From the NCBI GenBank assembly GCA_012295275.1, contig CM022673.1, forward strand, positions 9,672,001-9,736,000: 64,000 bases of DNA, written 5' to 3'. Below, piece by piece: positions 12,236 to 26,817 of the stretch (position 1 is the stretch's first letter; each line of letters begins with the position of its first letter). Both the position numbers and the translations under genes were made by a program. The stretch is from Chrysomallon squamiferum. Taxonomy: Eukaryota > Animalia > Mollusca. The notes below the pieces were generated by a model that had not been told where the DNA came from, searched no databases, and worked only from the letters and a program-made list of their open reading frames with translations.

Positions 12236-12850
12236 GCCCGTAGCAAAACATAGCATAGGCCCCTACCACAGGCTACTTACAAAGTAATCGTCCCCAAACC
12301 AACGCCCACTATTATAATAGCTTTACAAACAAAATAAACATACCTGAATGCTCGAGCAATAAGTCAGATGTATTGTCGAGACAGAAGGAATCTTGCCAAC
12401 AGTACTGAAAACAGTGTAAATGCCATTAAATTATATCGTAACTGCATGTATGCCCCGAAAACGTGGGTCAAAGTTTAGGCCAGTAGACAAGTGAGATTCA
12501 GGCTCAGATTAAGATATATATATCGCGCCTTCGAGATATTTATAGGAACAAAGTCTTTTATAATGGAAGCAGTGTCAACCGTTCGCAACATTCGATGCTC
12601 ATCATCTTCAGCATATTTAAATGTTTTCCTGCCATCGTCGTTCTTTGTGTAGTTTATGCAGCGCAATTTGGAAAACGAACACTCAACAACAAACGTGTTC
12701 TAAAACGTGCCTCTAGAAAAAACAAATACCAAAGGGTATAGTCAAAATCGTGATACCCAACAGTTTAATTGAATAAAAAAAAGAAGAAAAGGGGATCGGG
12801 GGTCTCCTGATAACATTTGCTGTATCTCCAACGTTGTTAGTCCGGTACTG
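12236..12850. mobile_element. 5'-truncated copy of the array-associated MITE-like relic
   Basis: Homologous to 26172-26817 and ends in the TIR-like GTTAGTCCGGTACTG. Further copies at about 1687-1815, 7657-7942, 17347-17960, 19534-20148 and 31454-32027. Confidence 0.5.
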
Positions 12851-14842
12851 ACTACAGGTAAAAGGAAAATTTGTTTCATTCATATTGTGAAAAAAGAAAG
12901 AAAAAAGAGAAAACCAAGAAAAAACTAAATAATACTTAAAATAAGCGCTTCGATCACACACCAAAGCAGAATTTACTCGGTGTAGATTACACGCAAAAGT
13001 AGTACCAAAATAACTTATGATGCCGTTGTAGTTCATAACTTTATAATATATTCAGAAACGAACGTCATACAAAATTTTCACATCACTAACAGATGTCACT
13101 CAGATTCAGACTGAAAGTATGAAAATTCACAAAGCGAAAATATTCATTTAATAACTTCATCATAAATTATTGCAGACGAACAGAAATTAAGTCTCACAGA
13201 CATTCTTAACAGAATTAAACGAATTCTTGTATAGGGTTGGATTTTTTTCTAGTAATGATAGATGTCAAGAACATCTGGTAAATATTAAATTTATAATTTT
13301 CTTCTAAATACAAGGCGAGATTATTGCTAGGAACAACTCTCCTCACAAGACTCAGTTTGCTATTCTTCGCTTCTGTCCGTTGCAAACGACTCGTTTAGCA
13401 AAGTGCTGTGATAACTACGGGTAGGAAGTCATAAAACATTCGTTAATTTGCTAGTGGAAGAAAAACAGAACAATTTTGGTATTAAGACTAATTAGAGGAA
13501 GAAGAATGAGCTTCACATAATAATACATAAAGTTAACGAATTCAGATTCGTGGTGCTGTTAAACAAAATAAATTTAACCTTTCAGTTACGTGCGAATCAA
13601 AGTCACGTACCCAAACGCCCCTTTTTGATTATTAATTACAAATATATTCTGAAAGTTAAACAAAATGACACATATCTGCTTAAATAAATATGTGTACTAA
13701 ATACTGTCTGAATTTCACTTAAAAACAAAATGAATTTTTTTTTAACCAAATACATTTCTGTTCATATGACAAATTAGCCGTAGACTGAGACATATCTACG
13801 TGAAATGGCTCCTATGAGAAGCACTGAAATTGAGCTCCTGTACAAACATTTGACAGCCATTTGTCAGATAACTAACTATATTATAAAGTCAGCTCAAAAA
13901 TATCAGTGAAGTATAAAAGAAAGTAACCTAAGATAAGATTCCTTCTTGAACTTATCATCAACATGAACAGTATACAGGAATCCAATTAATAGACTTATTA
14001 TTCTCTTTGATGGCGACTTTAAAAATGCTATGTTACTGACACTGTGTGATTTTGCTCAGTGTTTGAAGAAACTAATGGCTTACAGTTTGTTCAACCAAAA
14101 TTCTGAATTTCACATTTTCGTGACTACGAGTATCTGTTGGTGAAGATTAATTTACTTTGTCTCCACACATTAGGGCTAAGGCTGCACCACTCGTTGTAGT
14201 TCCTGCGTTTGAAGGTCAAATTAACAGAATTTAATATACACATTTATACAGAGTTTTGTGTTTGAATTTACAGTATATGTAAGGTTTTTAAATACAAAAT
14301 TTAGAAGTATACAGAATGTAGTTAGCAACAATGCTAAGTTCTTTTCTGTGTGTGTTGTTTATCTATTAGTTTTGAAATGAATAATAAAATTACTATTAGT
14401 ATTTCATTAGTAAACTTGAACACCACACGAGAAAGCAAAATTCATCATACACAGAGTACGAAACAAAACAATAATCTAATCGTAAGATCTGTAAGGTGTA
14501 TTCCGAACATAAATTATCTGACCAATGTAAATTTAATGTAAAATTCCTCATTGGATATTCCATTTGGACTGATTACAAAGAAGCAGATGTCAGCTAATTA
14601 GCATGTTACTGATTATAAAAGGACCACTTCAACGACATCAACGTCATCCTGTCTGCTGCCAGCAAGTGTACCACATCTACGTGAACGAACAAGGTAATTT
14701 ACTATTTTATAATAATTAAATAACTTGATAATGATTGGAAACAAATTAATATTTTAAATTCCAATATTTAAATGACATTTCGACATTGTTCAAGCCAGTA
14801 ATAAATATAGTGAGTAGAGAGGAAGTAACAGAATGTAATAAA

Positions 14843-15084
14843 CAAATTTATTCAGAGTTTCGTGTATAAACCATCAATGAACTTATGCTATGTAACTTTT
14901 AAAAATGAAATTGTGATTTTATACAGAATCTATTTAGCCTATTTATTTTTCAAACAAGAACAGCAAATTTATTCAGAGTTTCGTGTATAAACCATCAATG
15001 AACTCCAGCTGTGGAGATTTTAAAAAAGAAATTGTGGAATTATACAGAATCAATTTAGCCTATTTATTCTTCAAACACGAACAG
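14843..15084 (+). repeat. 121-bp tandem duplication in intron 1 of copy 3
   Basis: CAAATTTATTCAGAGTTTCGTGTATAAACCATCAATGAACT starts at both 14843 and 14964; the other four paralogs have a single copy. Confidence 0.9.
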
Positions 15085-15213
15085 CAAGAAAACTGTGAAT
15101 TCAAATGTGGTATACAATAAATCTATATTCCATAAGAAAAAAATAATGTAATATTTAAAGTTAAATTATCGCAGAACAAAGAAACAAACACATATTTCTA
15201 TTTCTATTTACAG

Positions 15214-17092
15214 ATGAGATTTTGTATTTTCCTTCTGTGTCTTTTGGCAACCACAGCTTTCGCCTACAGAATAACAGTCGAAGATGGGGGTAGGCCCAGA
15301 AATTCTCTGTATTTCATAAATTATACTAAAACTAATTGAGCTAAGTTTTAGATTCTTGCCGATTTCAAATACGTTTTTCCTAAAATATTTACGATATTTA
15401 TCACGAATGGTTTAAACTTAATGTAATATCAATTGTAAAGAAATAATTAATGTTAGCCTAATGATAAGAAGTATTTACTTCAAATACAATTTTGTGGTGG
15501 GTGCACAGCTGAGGATATTTGCATTTATATCTTATTTTCTAATAATACGAAATATTATATATGTACATATTTGAAAATGTCTTTATAAGCCATTCTGTCT
15601 TACCTTATGATAAATTGCATATGAGTATATTGTTTTTCTTCTACTACACTTTAATTGATTCGTCCCTATGCTGATGTTACAACTAAAATGATTTGTATCT
15701 TTAGAAGACGTTTCCGATAATTGTGAAGTAGAGGAATTACTGGAAACACTTTTAGAAGATGTGGATGATTCTGACGACGGTGAAGACGACGGAGACGACG
15801 ACGAAGAATTAATTGAAGACCTTCTTGAGGCTGCTTTGATTTTGGAAGATGACGACGATGATGATGAAGATGATGATGATGATATTGATGATGATATGGA
15901 TGATGGTTCCATTGATGAGGAAACTTTGCTAGATGTTTTGGAAAATATCCTGGGTGATGATGATGATGATGATATGGATGATGGTTCTTTGGATGAGGAT
16001 TCTTTGCTAGGTTCTTTGGAAGAGCTCTTGGCCGATGATGACAATGACAACGATGATGATGATGGTGATGATGATTTGAGTGGGATCCTGGGTGATGGAG
16101 ATGATGATGATGACGATGACGATGAATCGCCTGAAGGCTTGCTCGACCTGTCAGACAACTTGCGACTGTTAGGTAACGTTCTGGCTCAGAGGAAAGAAAC
16201 GGAGGCTGCTGAGACTCTGATAAAAGCAGCAGACACGATTGACAAAATAATTAGCGATGCTGTGCAAGAAATGACCGGGGGCATGGAAGAGGAAATAAAC
16301 GAAGCCGATGCAGAAAATAAACAGGATATAGAAGAACAAGCCAAAGAGGCAGTGGAAGAAATTGCTGAAGAAGAAAGTGAAGAATCCCAAATTGAAGAGG
16401 AATTGAAGAAAGAAGAAGAGTCGAACCCGGAAGAAGCTAAAAGAGGTATGAAGAAACAGCGGTTTAAATAAAGTATTATGGGTTAAGCTAAAATCATTTA
16501 TTGTAAGTAACAACATTTTGTAATTAATTAAGTAAGTAATGAAACCTGAAATACAATATAGCAACAACATTCACAACTCATAAAGCCAAAAGATATTAAC
16601 AGAAAAGTATGTAACTAACTAAGGAAATAAATAAATAAATAAATGAAAGATATCAATGGAAAATAGCCAGGAAAACAAAGAAAATTGTAATAAAACCAAA
16701 GCAAATGTTATGAATGTAACCAATATCATTTACATCAACTAAGAACAAAAAAAAAAAAATAAAAAATAAAAAGATAAAAATAAAATGAAACTAAAAACAA
16801 AACAAAAACAATTATATAATATAAGTGTATCCAGTATCCTTAAATAAAGAAATTAGATAAAGAAAATTATATCTGCGATAATAATAATAATAATAATAGC
16901 AATACGAAGAAGAACGAAACATTCATGATTTTGTTATGCGTTTTCTTGTTTCTGTTGTTACTACTGCTGTTGTTGTATATACTGTTATTGTTTGTCTTGT
17001 AGTTGTTATTATTATTACATTTTGTTTCAGGTGCACATGAGGGATCAACACATCGTCCTCGACGACGTCGCAGTACCACACAAAGCCCATAG
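15214..17092 (+). CDS. Secreted Asp/Glu-rich protein, copy 3 (292 aa)
   Basis: Exons 15214-15289, 15705-16445 and 17031-17092 (GAHEGSTHRPRRRRSTTQSP*). TATA 14614-14620, UTR donor GT at 14694, AATAAA 17167-17172. Confidence 0.88.
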
Positions 17093-17263
17093 ATCACTTG
17101 GACACACTCACCTTGACCACTGACCACTGGACTTTTCAATGATGCTTGAAATTTAATCTTATCTGGAATAAAATGTATATTTAAAGAAAAATCACTTTTG
17201 TTTGTTTTTAATATTTCGCTGTCGTGTCTGTCTCAAGAGGATTATTTTCTTATGTAGTGCAAC

Positions 17264-20200
17264 ATACAGTGAATAAATTTAAAGAAATAATTACATTGTA
17301 TCAATAACGTTTCGTATGAGAAACTCGATTTCACAAATAGTACTACAGCCCGTAGCAAAAGATAGCATAGGCCCCTACCACAGGCTACGTACAAAGTAAT
17401 CGTCCTCAAACCGACGCCCACTATTATAATAGCTTTACAAACAAAATAAACATACCTGAATGCTCGAGCACTAAGTCAGATGTATTGTCGAGACAGAAGG
17501 AATCTTGCCAACAGTACTGAAAACAGTGCAAATGCCATTAAATTATATCGTAACTGCATGTATGCCCCGAAAACGTGGGTCAAAGTTTAGGCCAGTAGAC
17601 AAGTGAGATTCAGGCTCAGATTAATTTATATATCGCGCCTTCGAGATATTTATAGGAACAAAGTTTTTTATAATGGAAGCAGTGTGAACCCTTCGCAACA
17701 TTCGATGCTCATCATCTTCAGCATATTTAAATGTTTTCCTGCCATCGTCGTTCTTTGTGTAGTTTATGCAGCGCAATTTGGAAAACGAACACTCAACAAC
17801 AAACGTGTTCTAAAACGTGCCTCTAGAAAAAACAAATACCAAAGGGTATAGTCAAAATCGTGATACCCAACAGTTTAATTGAATAAAAAAAAGAAGAAAA
17901 GGGGATCGGGGGTCTCCTGATAACATTTGCTGTATCTCCAACGTTGTTAGTCCGGTACTGACTACAGGTAAAAGGAAAATTTGTTTCATTCATACTGTGA
18001 AAAAAGAAAGAAAAAAGAGAAAACCAGGAAAAAACTAAATAATACTTAAAATAAGCGCTTCGATCACACACCAAAGCAGAATTTACTCGGTGTAGATTAC
18101 ACGCAAAAGTAGTACCAAAATAACTTATGATGCCGTTGTAGTTCATAACTTTATAATATATTCAGAAACGAACGTCATACAAAATTTTCACATCACTAAC
18201 AGATGTCACTCAGATTCAGACTGAAAGTATGAAAATTCACAAAGCGAAAATATTCATTTAATAACTTCATCATAAATTATTGCAGACGAACAGAAATTGT
18301 CTCACAGACATTCTTAACAGAATTACCGTATATACTTGTGTACAAGGCGACTGTAGATTCCAGGCACTGTCAATATTTTTAGAAAAGTGTGACAGTGCCA
18401 TGAAGGCCTACATTGTACGCCTACTGTAACATAACTTGCACGAGCTGTAACTTGCACGTGCAATTCAAAGTAAGATAATTTCGGAGCCTCAGCAATATTT
18501 TTTTCTATCGAAACTCTGCTACAAGACACGCCCCCGATCCTATTCCTAGCGCGCTAATTGGCCGAGGATTCGCGCACTTGGCAACCGACTAGAATAACAA
18601 ATATGGCGAGAAGTTGAACTGATTTTTGTTGCAGAACGTTTATAGAAATTTAGTTTGTTTTCGATTTGTCGGTAGTGGATATTAATGACGATTGCAATAT
18701 TATTTCACCAAATTCTTTACAATTACACAAGTTAGTTTTGTTTATGAAATTAGGACCGATATTTAATGCAGTTTGGCAGAGAGTTCTGCATTCCTAGATC
18801 ATTGCAAAACGCCGCAAGGCATAATGCCGTACTGACGGTTTTCTCGCTTTAAAATGTATTTTTATGTCATTAAACGGAAGAATATTATGTTTTACATTCA
18901 TATTTGGTTTTGTTATTTAATTTTTCAAAATTTTTATACGATAAAATTTTATTTTTGAAAAGCTGAAAGACCGCGATTATTTTAGATGCATCCCGTAGCA
19001 AAAAATAGTCAAAATGGCGACTCTTCAGCGACAGCTACAAAAGCATTACCTATGTATAAGTCGACCCCCAAAATATTACCTTAAGATAGTCTCCCAAAAA
19101 TTCGATTTATACACAAGTATATACGGTAAACGAACCCTTGTATACGGTTAGATTTTTTTCTAGTAATGATAGATGTCAAGAACATCTGGTAAATATTAAA
19201 TTTATAATTTTCTTCTAAATACAAGGCGAGATTATTGCTTGGAACAACTCTCCTCACAAGACTCACTTTGCTATTCTTCGCTTCTGTCCGTTGCAAACGA
19301 CTCGTTTAGCAAAGTGCTGTGATAACTACGGGTAGGAAGTCATAAAACATTCTTTAATTTGCTAGTGGAAGAAAAACAGAACAATTTTGGTATTAAGACT
19401 AATTAGAGGAAGAAGAATGAGCTTCGCATAATAATACATAAAGTTAACGAATACAGTGAATAAATTTAAAGAAATAATTACACTGTATCAATAACCTGTC
19501 GTACGAGAAACTCCATTTCACAAATAGTACTACAGCCCGTAGCAAAACATAGCATAGGCCCCTACCACAGGCTACTTACAAAGTATATCGTCCCCAAACC
19601 AACGTCCACTATTATAATAGCTTTACAAACAAAATAAACTTACCTGAATGCTCGAGCAGTAAGTCAGATGTATTGTCGAGACAGAAGGAATCTTGCCAAC
19701 AGTACTGAAAACAGTGTAAATGCCATTAAATTATATCGTAACTGCATGTATGCCCCGAAAACGTGGGTCAAAGTTTAGGCCAGTAGACAAGTGAGATTCA
19801 GGCTCAGATTAATTTATATATCGCGCCTTCGAGATATTTATAGGAACAAAGTCTTTTATAATGGAAGCAGTGTCAACCGTTCGCAACATTCGATGCTCAT
19901 CATCTTCAGCATATTTAAATGTTTTCCTGCCATCGTCGTTCTTTGTGTAGTTTATGCAGCGCAATTTGGAAAACGAACACTCAACAACAAACGTGTTCTA
20001 AAACGTGCCTCTAGAAAAAACAAATACCAAAGGGTATAGTCAAAATCGTGATACCCAACAGTTTAATTGAATAAAAAAAAGAAGAAAAGGGGATCGGGGG
20101 TCTCCTGATAACATTTGCTGTATCTCCAACGTTGTTAGTCCGGTACTGACTACAGGTAAAAGGAAAATTTGTTTCATTCATACTGTGAAAAAAGAAAGAA

Positions 20201-20837
20201 AAAAGAGAAAACCAGGAAAAAACTAAATAATACTTAAAATAAGCGCTTCGATCACACACCAAAGCAGAATTTACTCGGTGTAGATTACACGCAAAAGTAG
20301 TACCAAAATAACTTATGATGCCGTTGTAGTTCATAACTTTATAATATATTCAGAAACGAACGTCATACAAAATTTTCACATCACTAACAGATGTCACTCA
20401 GATTCAGACTGAAAGTATGAAAATTCACAAAGCGAAAATATTCATTTAATAACTTCATCATAAATTATTGCAGACGAACAGAAATTAAGTCTCACAGACA
20501 TTCTTAACAGAATTAAACGAATTCTTGTATAGGGTTAGATTTTTTTCTAGTAATGATAGATGTCAAGAACATCTGGTAAATATTAAATTTATAATTTTCT
20601 TCTAAATACAAGGCGAGATTATTGCTAGGAACAACTCTCCTCACAAGACTCACTTTGCTATTCTTCGCTTCTGTCCGTTGCAAACGACTCGTTTAGCAAA
20701 GTGCTGTGATAACTACGGGTAGGAAGTCATAAAACATTCGTTAATTTGCTAGTGGAAGAAAAACAGAACAATTTTGGTATTAAGACTAATTAGAGGAAGA
20801 AGAATGAGCTTCACATAATAATACATAAAGTTAACGA
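17264..20837 (+). repeat. Tandem duplication of about 1.39 kb of intergenic spacer (17264-19450 and 19451-20837)
   Basis: At 19450/19451 the sequence jumps from ...AAGTTAACGA back to ATACAGTGAATAAATTT, which matches 17264. The first unit additionally carries the 801-bp MITE. Confidence 0.9.
18326..19126. mobile_element. Non-autonomous Tc1/mariner-superfamily element (pogo/Tc2/Tigger-like MITE), 801 bp
   Basis: Perfect 17-bp TIR CCGTATATACTTGTGTA, extending to 22/25. TA duplication at 18324-18325 and 19127-19128. The empty site AGAAT-TA-AACGAA is present in the paralogous spacers near 13211 and 20509. No transposase ORF. Confidence 0.92.
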
Positions 20838-22385
20838 ATTCAGATTCGTGGTGCTGTTAAACAAAATAAATTTAACATTTCAGTTACGTGCGAATCAAAG
20901 TCACGTACTCAAACGCCCCTTTTTGATTATTAATTACAAATATATTCTGAAAGTTAAACAAAATGACACATATCTGCTTAAATAAATATGTGTACTAAAT
21001 ACTGTCTGAATTTCACTTAAAAACAAAATGAATTTTTTTTTAACCAAATACATTTCTGTTCATATGACAAATTAGCCGTAGACTGAGACATATCTACGTG
21101 AAATGGCTCCTATGAGAAGCACTGAAATTGAGCTCCTGTACAAACATTTGACAGCCATCTGTCAGATAACTAACTACATTATAAAGTCAGCTCAAAAATA
21201 TCAGTGAAGTATAAAAGAAAGTAACCTAAGATAAGATTCCTTCTTGAACTTATCATCAACATGAACAGTATACAGGAATCCAATTAATAGAGTTATTATT
21301 CTCTTTGATGGCGACTTTAAAAATGCTATGTTACTGACACTGTGTGATTTTGCTCAGTGTTTGAAGAAACTAATGGCTTACAGTTTGTTCAACCAAAATT
21401 CTGAATTTCACATTTTCGTGACTACGAGTATCTGTTGGTGAAGATTAATTTACTTTGTCTCCACACATTAGGGCTAAGGCTGCACCACTCGTTGTAGTTC
21501 CTGCGTTTGAAGGTCAAATTAACAGAATTTAATATACACATTTATACAGAGTTTTGTGTTTGAATTTACAGTATATGTAAGGTTTTTAAATACAAAATTT
21601 AGAAGTATACAGAATGTAGTTAGCAACAATGCTAAGTTCTTTTCTGTGTGTGTTGTTTATCTATTAGTTTTGAAATGAATAATAACATTACTATTAGTAT
21701 TTCATTAGCAAACTTGAACACCACATGAGAAAGCAAAATTCATCATACACAGAGTACGAAATAAAACAATAATCTAATCCTAAGATCTGAAATGTGTGTT
21801 CCGAACATAAATTATCTGACCAATGTAAATTTAATGTACAATTCCTCATTGGATATTCCATTTGGACTGATTACAAAGAAGCAGATGTCAGCTAATTAGC
21901 ATGTTACTGATTATAAAAGGACCACTTCAACGACATCAACTTCATCCTGTCTGCAGCCAGCAAGTATACCACATCTACGTGAACGAACAAGGTAATTTAC
22001 TATTTTATAATAATTAAATAACATGATAATGATTGGAAACAAATTAATATTTTAAATTCCAATATTTAAATGACATTTCGACATGGTTCAAGCCAGTAAT
22101 AAATATAGTGAGTAGAGAGGAAGTAACAGAATGTAATATACAAATTTATTCAGAGTTTCATGTATAAACCATCAATGAACTGCAGCTGTGGAGATTTTAA
22201 AAAAGAAATTGTGAAATTATACAGAATCTACTTCGGCTATTTATTCTTCAAACACGAACAGCAAGAAAACTGTGAATTCAAATGTGGTATACAATAAATC
22301 TATATTCCATGAAAAAAATGTAATATTTAAAGTTAAATTCTCGAAGAACAAAGAAATAAACACATATTTATGTTTCTATTTACAG

Positions 22386-24168
22386 ATGAGATTTTGTATT
22401 TTCCTTCTGTGTCTTTTGGCAACCACAGCTTTCGCCTACAGAATAACAGTGGAAGATGGGGGTAGGTCTAGAAATTCTCTCTATTTCATAAATTATATTA
22501 AAACTAATTGAGATAAGTTTTAGATTCTTGCCGATTTCAAATACGATATTTATCACGAATGGTTTAAATTTAATGTAACATAAGTTGTAAAGAAATAATG
22601 AATGTTAGCCTAATGATAAGAAGTATTTACTTCAAATACAATTTTGTGGTGGCTGTACGGCTGAGCATATTTACATTTATGTCTTGGTTTTTCTAATGAT
22701 ATCAAATATTATTTATGTATATATTTGAAAATGTCTTTAGAAGCCATCCTGTTTTAGATTATGATAAATTTCATGTGAGTGTTGTTTTTCTTCTAATACA
22801 CTTTCATTGATTCGTTCCTATGCTGATGTTACAACTGAAATGATGTGTATCTTTAGAAAACATTTCCGATGATGGTGAAGTAGAGGAATTACTGGAAACA
22901 CTTTTAGAAGATATGGATGATTCTGACGACGGTGACGACGACGGAGACGACGACGAGGAATTAATTGAAGACCTTCTTGAGGCTGCTCTGATTTTGGAAG
23001 AAGACGACGATGATGACGAAGATGATGACGAAGATATGGATGATGATATGGATGATGGTTCCATTGATGAGGATACTTTGCTCGGTGTTTTGGAAAATAT
23101 CTTGGGTGATGATGATGATGATGATATAGATGATGGTTCTTTGGATGAGGATTCTTTGCTAGGTGCTTTGGAAGAGGTCTTGGGCGATGATGACAATGAC
23201 AACGATGATGATGATGGTGATGATGATTTGAGTGGGATGTTGGGTGATGGAGATGATGATGATGACGATGACGATGAATCTCCTGAAGGCTTGCTCGACC
23301 TGTCAGACAACTTGCGACTGTTAGGTAACGTTCTGGCTCAGAGGAAAGAAACGGAGGCTGCGGATGCTCTGATAAAAGCAGCAGACACCATTGACAAACT
23401 AATTAGCGATGCTGTGCAAGAAATGACCGGGGGCATGGAAGAGGAAATAAACGAAGCCGATGCAGAAAATAAACAGGATATAGAAGAACAAGCCAAAGAG
23501 GCAGTGGAAGAAATTGCTGAAGAAGAAAGTGAAGAATCACAAATTGAAGAGGAATTGAAGAAAGAAGAAGAGTCGAACCCGGAAGAAGCTAAAAGAGGTA
23601 TGAAGAAACAGCGGTTTAAATAAAGTAATAGGGGTTAAGCTAAAATCATTTATTGTAAGTGACGACATTTTGTAATTAATTAATTAAATAAAAAAAACTG
23701 AAATACAGTACACCAAAAACATACACCACTCGTAAAGCGAAAAAATAAAAATAAAATAAGATGATAAAATTAACTAAGTAACTAAGTAAATAAATGAATA
23801 AAAGAAATCAGCGAAAAAGAGAAAGCGAAAGAAATGAAAGAAAAATAAAATAAAAACAAATGTTATGAAAGTAACCAGTATCACTTGAACTACTGCAACA
23901 TCAGTTACATCATTCAGCACAAGTAAAAAAAAAACAAGAACAAAAATAGAAACAAAAACCAAACAAAAAAAAAACTTATAATGTAACCAATACCTTTTGT
24001 ACCACCACTAACACATTAACTATCCATACTGATACTTCTGTAATTATTTCCATCAACAATAACTAGTAGTACTACAGCAGTGCATCATTTCTGGAACAAT
24101 TTTTCTTTTTTTAAACAACAAGAAATTAAATAAAGAATATTATATCTGTAGTAGTAATAATAATAGTA

Positions 24169-24219
<51 letters not shown>

Positions 24220-24413
24220 GCAAGACGAAGAAGAACGAAACATTCATGATTTTGTTATGATTTTTCTTGTTTCTGTTGTTGCTATTGCTATGCTTGCTAA
24301 TACTGTTAGTGCTGCTGTTGTAGTTGTTATTATTGTTATATTCTCTTCCAGATGCACATCAGGGAACAACATGTCGTCCTCGACGACGTCGCAGTACCAC
24401 ACAAAGCCCATAG
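22386..24413 (+). CDS. Secreted Asp/Glu-rich protein, copy 4 (292 aa)
   Basis: Exons 22386-22461, 22857-23597 and 24352-24413 (DAHQGTTCRPRRRRSTTQSP*). TATA 21912-21918, UTR donor GT at 21992, AATAAA 24480-24485. Confidence 0.88.
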
Positions 24414-26171
24414 ATCACTTGAACACACTCATCTTGACTACTGTACTTTTTAGTGAGCATTGAAATGTAATCTTATCTGAATAAAAAGTATATTTAAAAA
24501 AAACATCACAACTGTTTGTTTTTAATATTTCACTGCCGCGTTTGTTTCAATAAGGTTAGTTTCATATGTAGTTCAAGAGCCGATAAATATATAAAAATAA
24601 TTACATTGTATAAATAATCTTTCGTACAAGAAACTCGATTTCCCAAGATTGTCCAAGGTTTAAATACCTCAAGAGAGAATAAGCGAAAGAGAGAAAAGTT
24701 TGATGAGCAGTGTTTTTGTTGAATGATTCAAATGATGATACAAGAAAGGAAACTCATAAGATAATTGCCCATGGGTCAGTTAAAAAACACCAATAAAAGT
24801 CCGAATTTAATGAGTTGGCTATTAGTTTCCAAGATTTCCACAATCTGGCTTCAAAATTCAACGTCGTGTCACAGAAACTGTTTGAATTATTGATTAAAGA
24901 TATTTTGATGATTTAAATATGGAGAAATGAAGAATGGAAAAAAACCAAGAAAAATAACACAAAATACAAAGAAACACCCCAAAAACAAGAAAAACCAAAC
25001 AAAACAACATCTAAATAAATAGGTAAATGAAATATAAAGATATGAGAATTTTGAATCAAAGAGATGTCAAAGAATTCATTGGAGATTATTAACGAGAAAT
25101 CATCAGAAAGTTTTAATGACAATTTGAATTATTACATGGAATATTTATATCTTTAATCTTTATTTCTGTGTGCACTAAAACTATTTTACTTGAACAAAAA
25201 TCAGAAATACCCCAATTTCACCTCAGAGTACCCAGATTGAGCTAGCAGTTAGTAAGGAAGTTTCAATATTTCAGTATTGTCATATGTTTGTATTTCTTAC
25301 GGGCCTTGTAGAGACACATAAAATATTTTTTAACATTTGGTTTGTGGCTGTTTGTTTCATACAAATGTGAAGAGTAAAGTTGTTGCTTTATAACATAATG
25401 TGAAACAAGTTTAATTATTTGAACTTGAAAACATTGGAATCAACACTGCAGTGATTAGGAACTAAAAGTAATACTAGCCAGGGACATATGAATGTTAGAA
25501 TTGATTATAATTATTTTTTAAACTAGCGCGAAGTATATAATTTACTAAATATTAATATCATGTAACGTTATAGAATAGCTAATAAGTACTTTCTCTGAAT
25601 ATATATATATATATATATATTTTGTTTTCGGTGACTAATTTATGCCAATAAAGATTTGTCAGTCTTTTTTATTGGAGTATCGTTTTGTTTTCGATATTTA
25701 TTTATTAATTATTAGGAGCATTAGCAATGTAGTAGTAGTAGTAGTAATAGCAGTAGCTACAGGAAAGGCTATAGTAATAGTAGCAGTAAAAATAATGTCG
25801 TGATATATTATCATTAAATATATTCGAAATGTATTCCCAGAGAAAACAAGGTCGTCCTGCCTCTTCACTGTTCCAGGGGACGCAAGTCGCGATGGTCTAT
25901 TCTATGAAAATTCTGTTTTGCCATCGATGATTTAATTTTTTTTTTTAAATGAATTAATTTAATTTTACTTATTAAATTAAACCCACAAAGATAGTGCTGC
26001 CCAATTTCTAAAATCTTGATCTGTTCCTGCATCTCAATCCATTGTTTAATATAGTTTAATCTACTAACCTAGATTTTCGTTTTATTTTTTGTATTTGTAA
26101 AGGAATTATTTTACTGCAGTTTTCGTTTCTTTTGAGCTTCGTATTTTTAATGGCAGACCGCGACTGGTACT

Positions 26172-26817
26172 CAGAGCCGGATTAAGCAAATGCGGGGGCC
26201 GTAGCAAAAGGTATGAAAGGACCTTACTACTGGCTAGATACACTAGTAAATGCCCCCCCCCGAACCCACGCCCTCTATTACAGTAGCTTTACGTACAACA
26301 TAAACACACCTTAATGTTCGAACAGCCAAATACATGTATTAAAAAAACAATAGGAATCTTGCAAAAAGTATTAAAAACCAGTGCAAATGTGATTAAACTA
26401 CAACGTATCTGTATGTATGACCCGTAAACGTGGATAAAAGTTTAGACTAGTAGACAAGTGAGATTCAGTCTCAGACTAATTTATATATCACGCCTTTGAG
26501 ATTTTAAATGAGCAAAGTCTTTCATAACGGAATAAGTGGCAACCGTTGTCAACAGCTCACGTTCGATGCTCATCAACGTCAGCATATTTAAACGTTTTTC
26601 TCCCATCGTCTTTCTTTGTGCATTGTTTATGCCGTGCAGTTTGCAAAACGAACGATCAACAACAAAATTGTTCTAAAACGTACCTTTTCGCAAAACAAAT
26701 GCCAAAGGCTATAGTAAAAATTGTGACACCCATCATTTTGACTAATACAAAAAGGGACTGATCCGAGGGATCCCTGAAAGCATTTGCTGCATCTGTTACG
26801 TTGTTAATGCGGCACTG
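26172..26817. mobile_element. Most complete copy of an old MITE-like DNA transposon relic (hAT- or Harbinger-type ends)
   Basis: Left end CAGAGCCGGATTAA; right end TTAATGCGGCACTG (12/14 inverted match). Inverted subterminal GTAGCAAA/TTTGCTGC motifs. No clean 8-bp target duplication, so the superfamily is uncertain. Confidence 0.55.

Noticed and set aside
12713-13036. 107-aa ORF repeated at 17823 and 20011, plus 82-aa ORFs at 17603 and 19791
   Set aside because: They recur only because the spacer was recently duplicated. They are not preserved in the more diverged spacers and have no recognisable domain.
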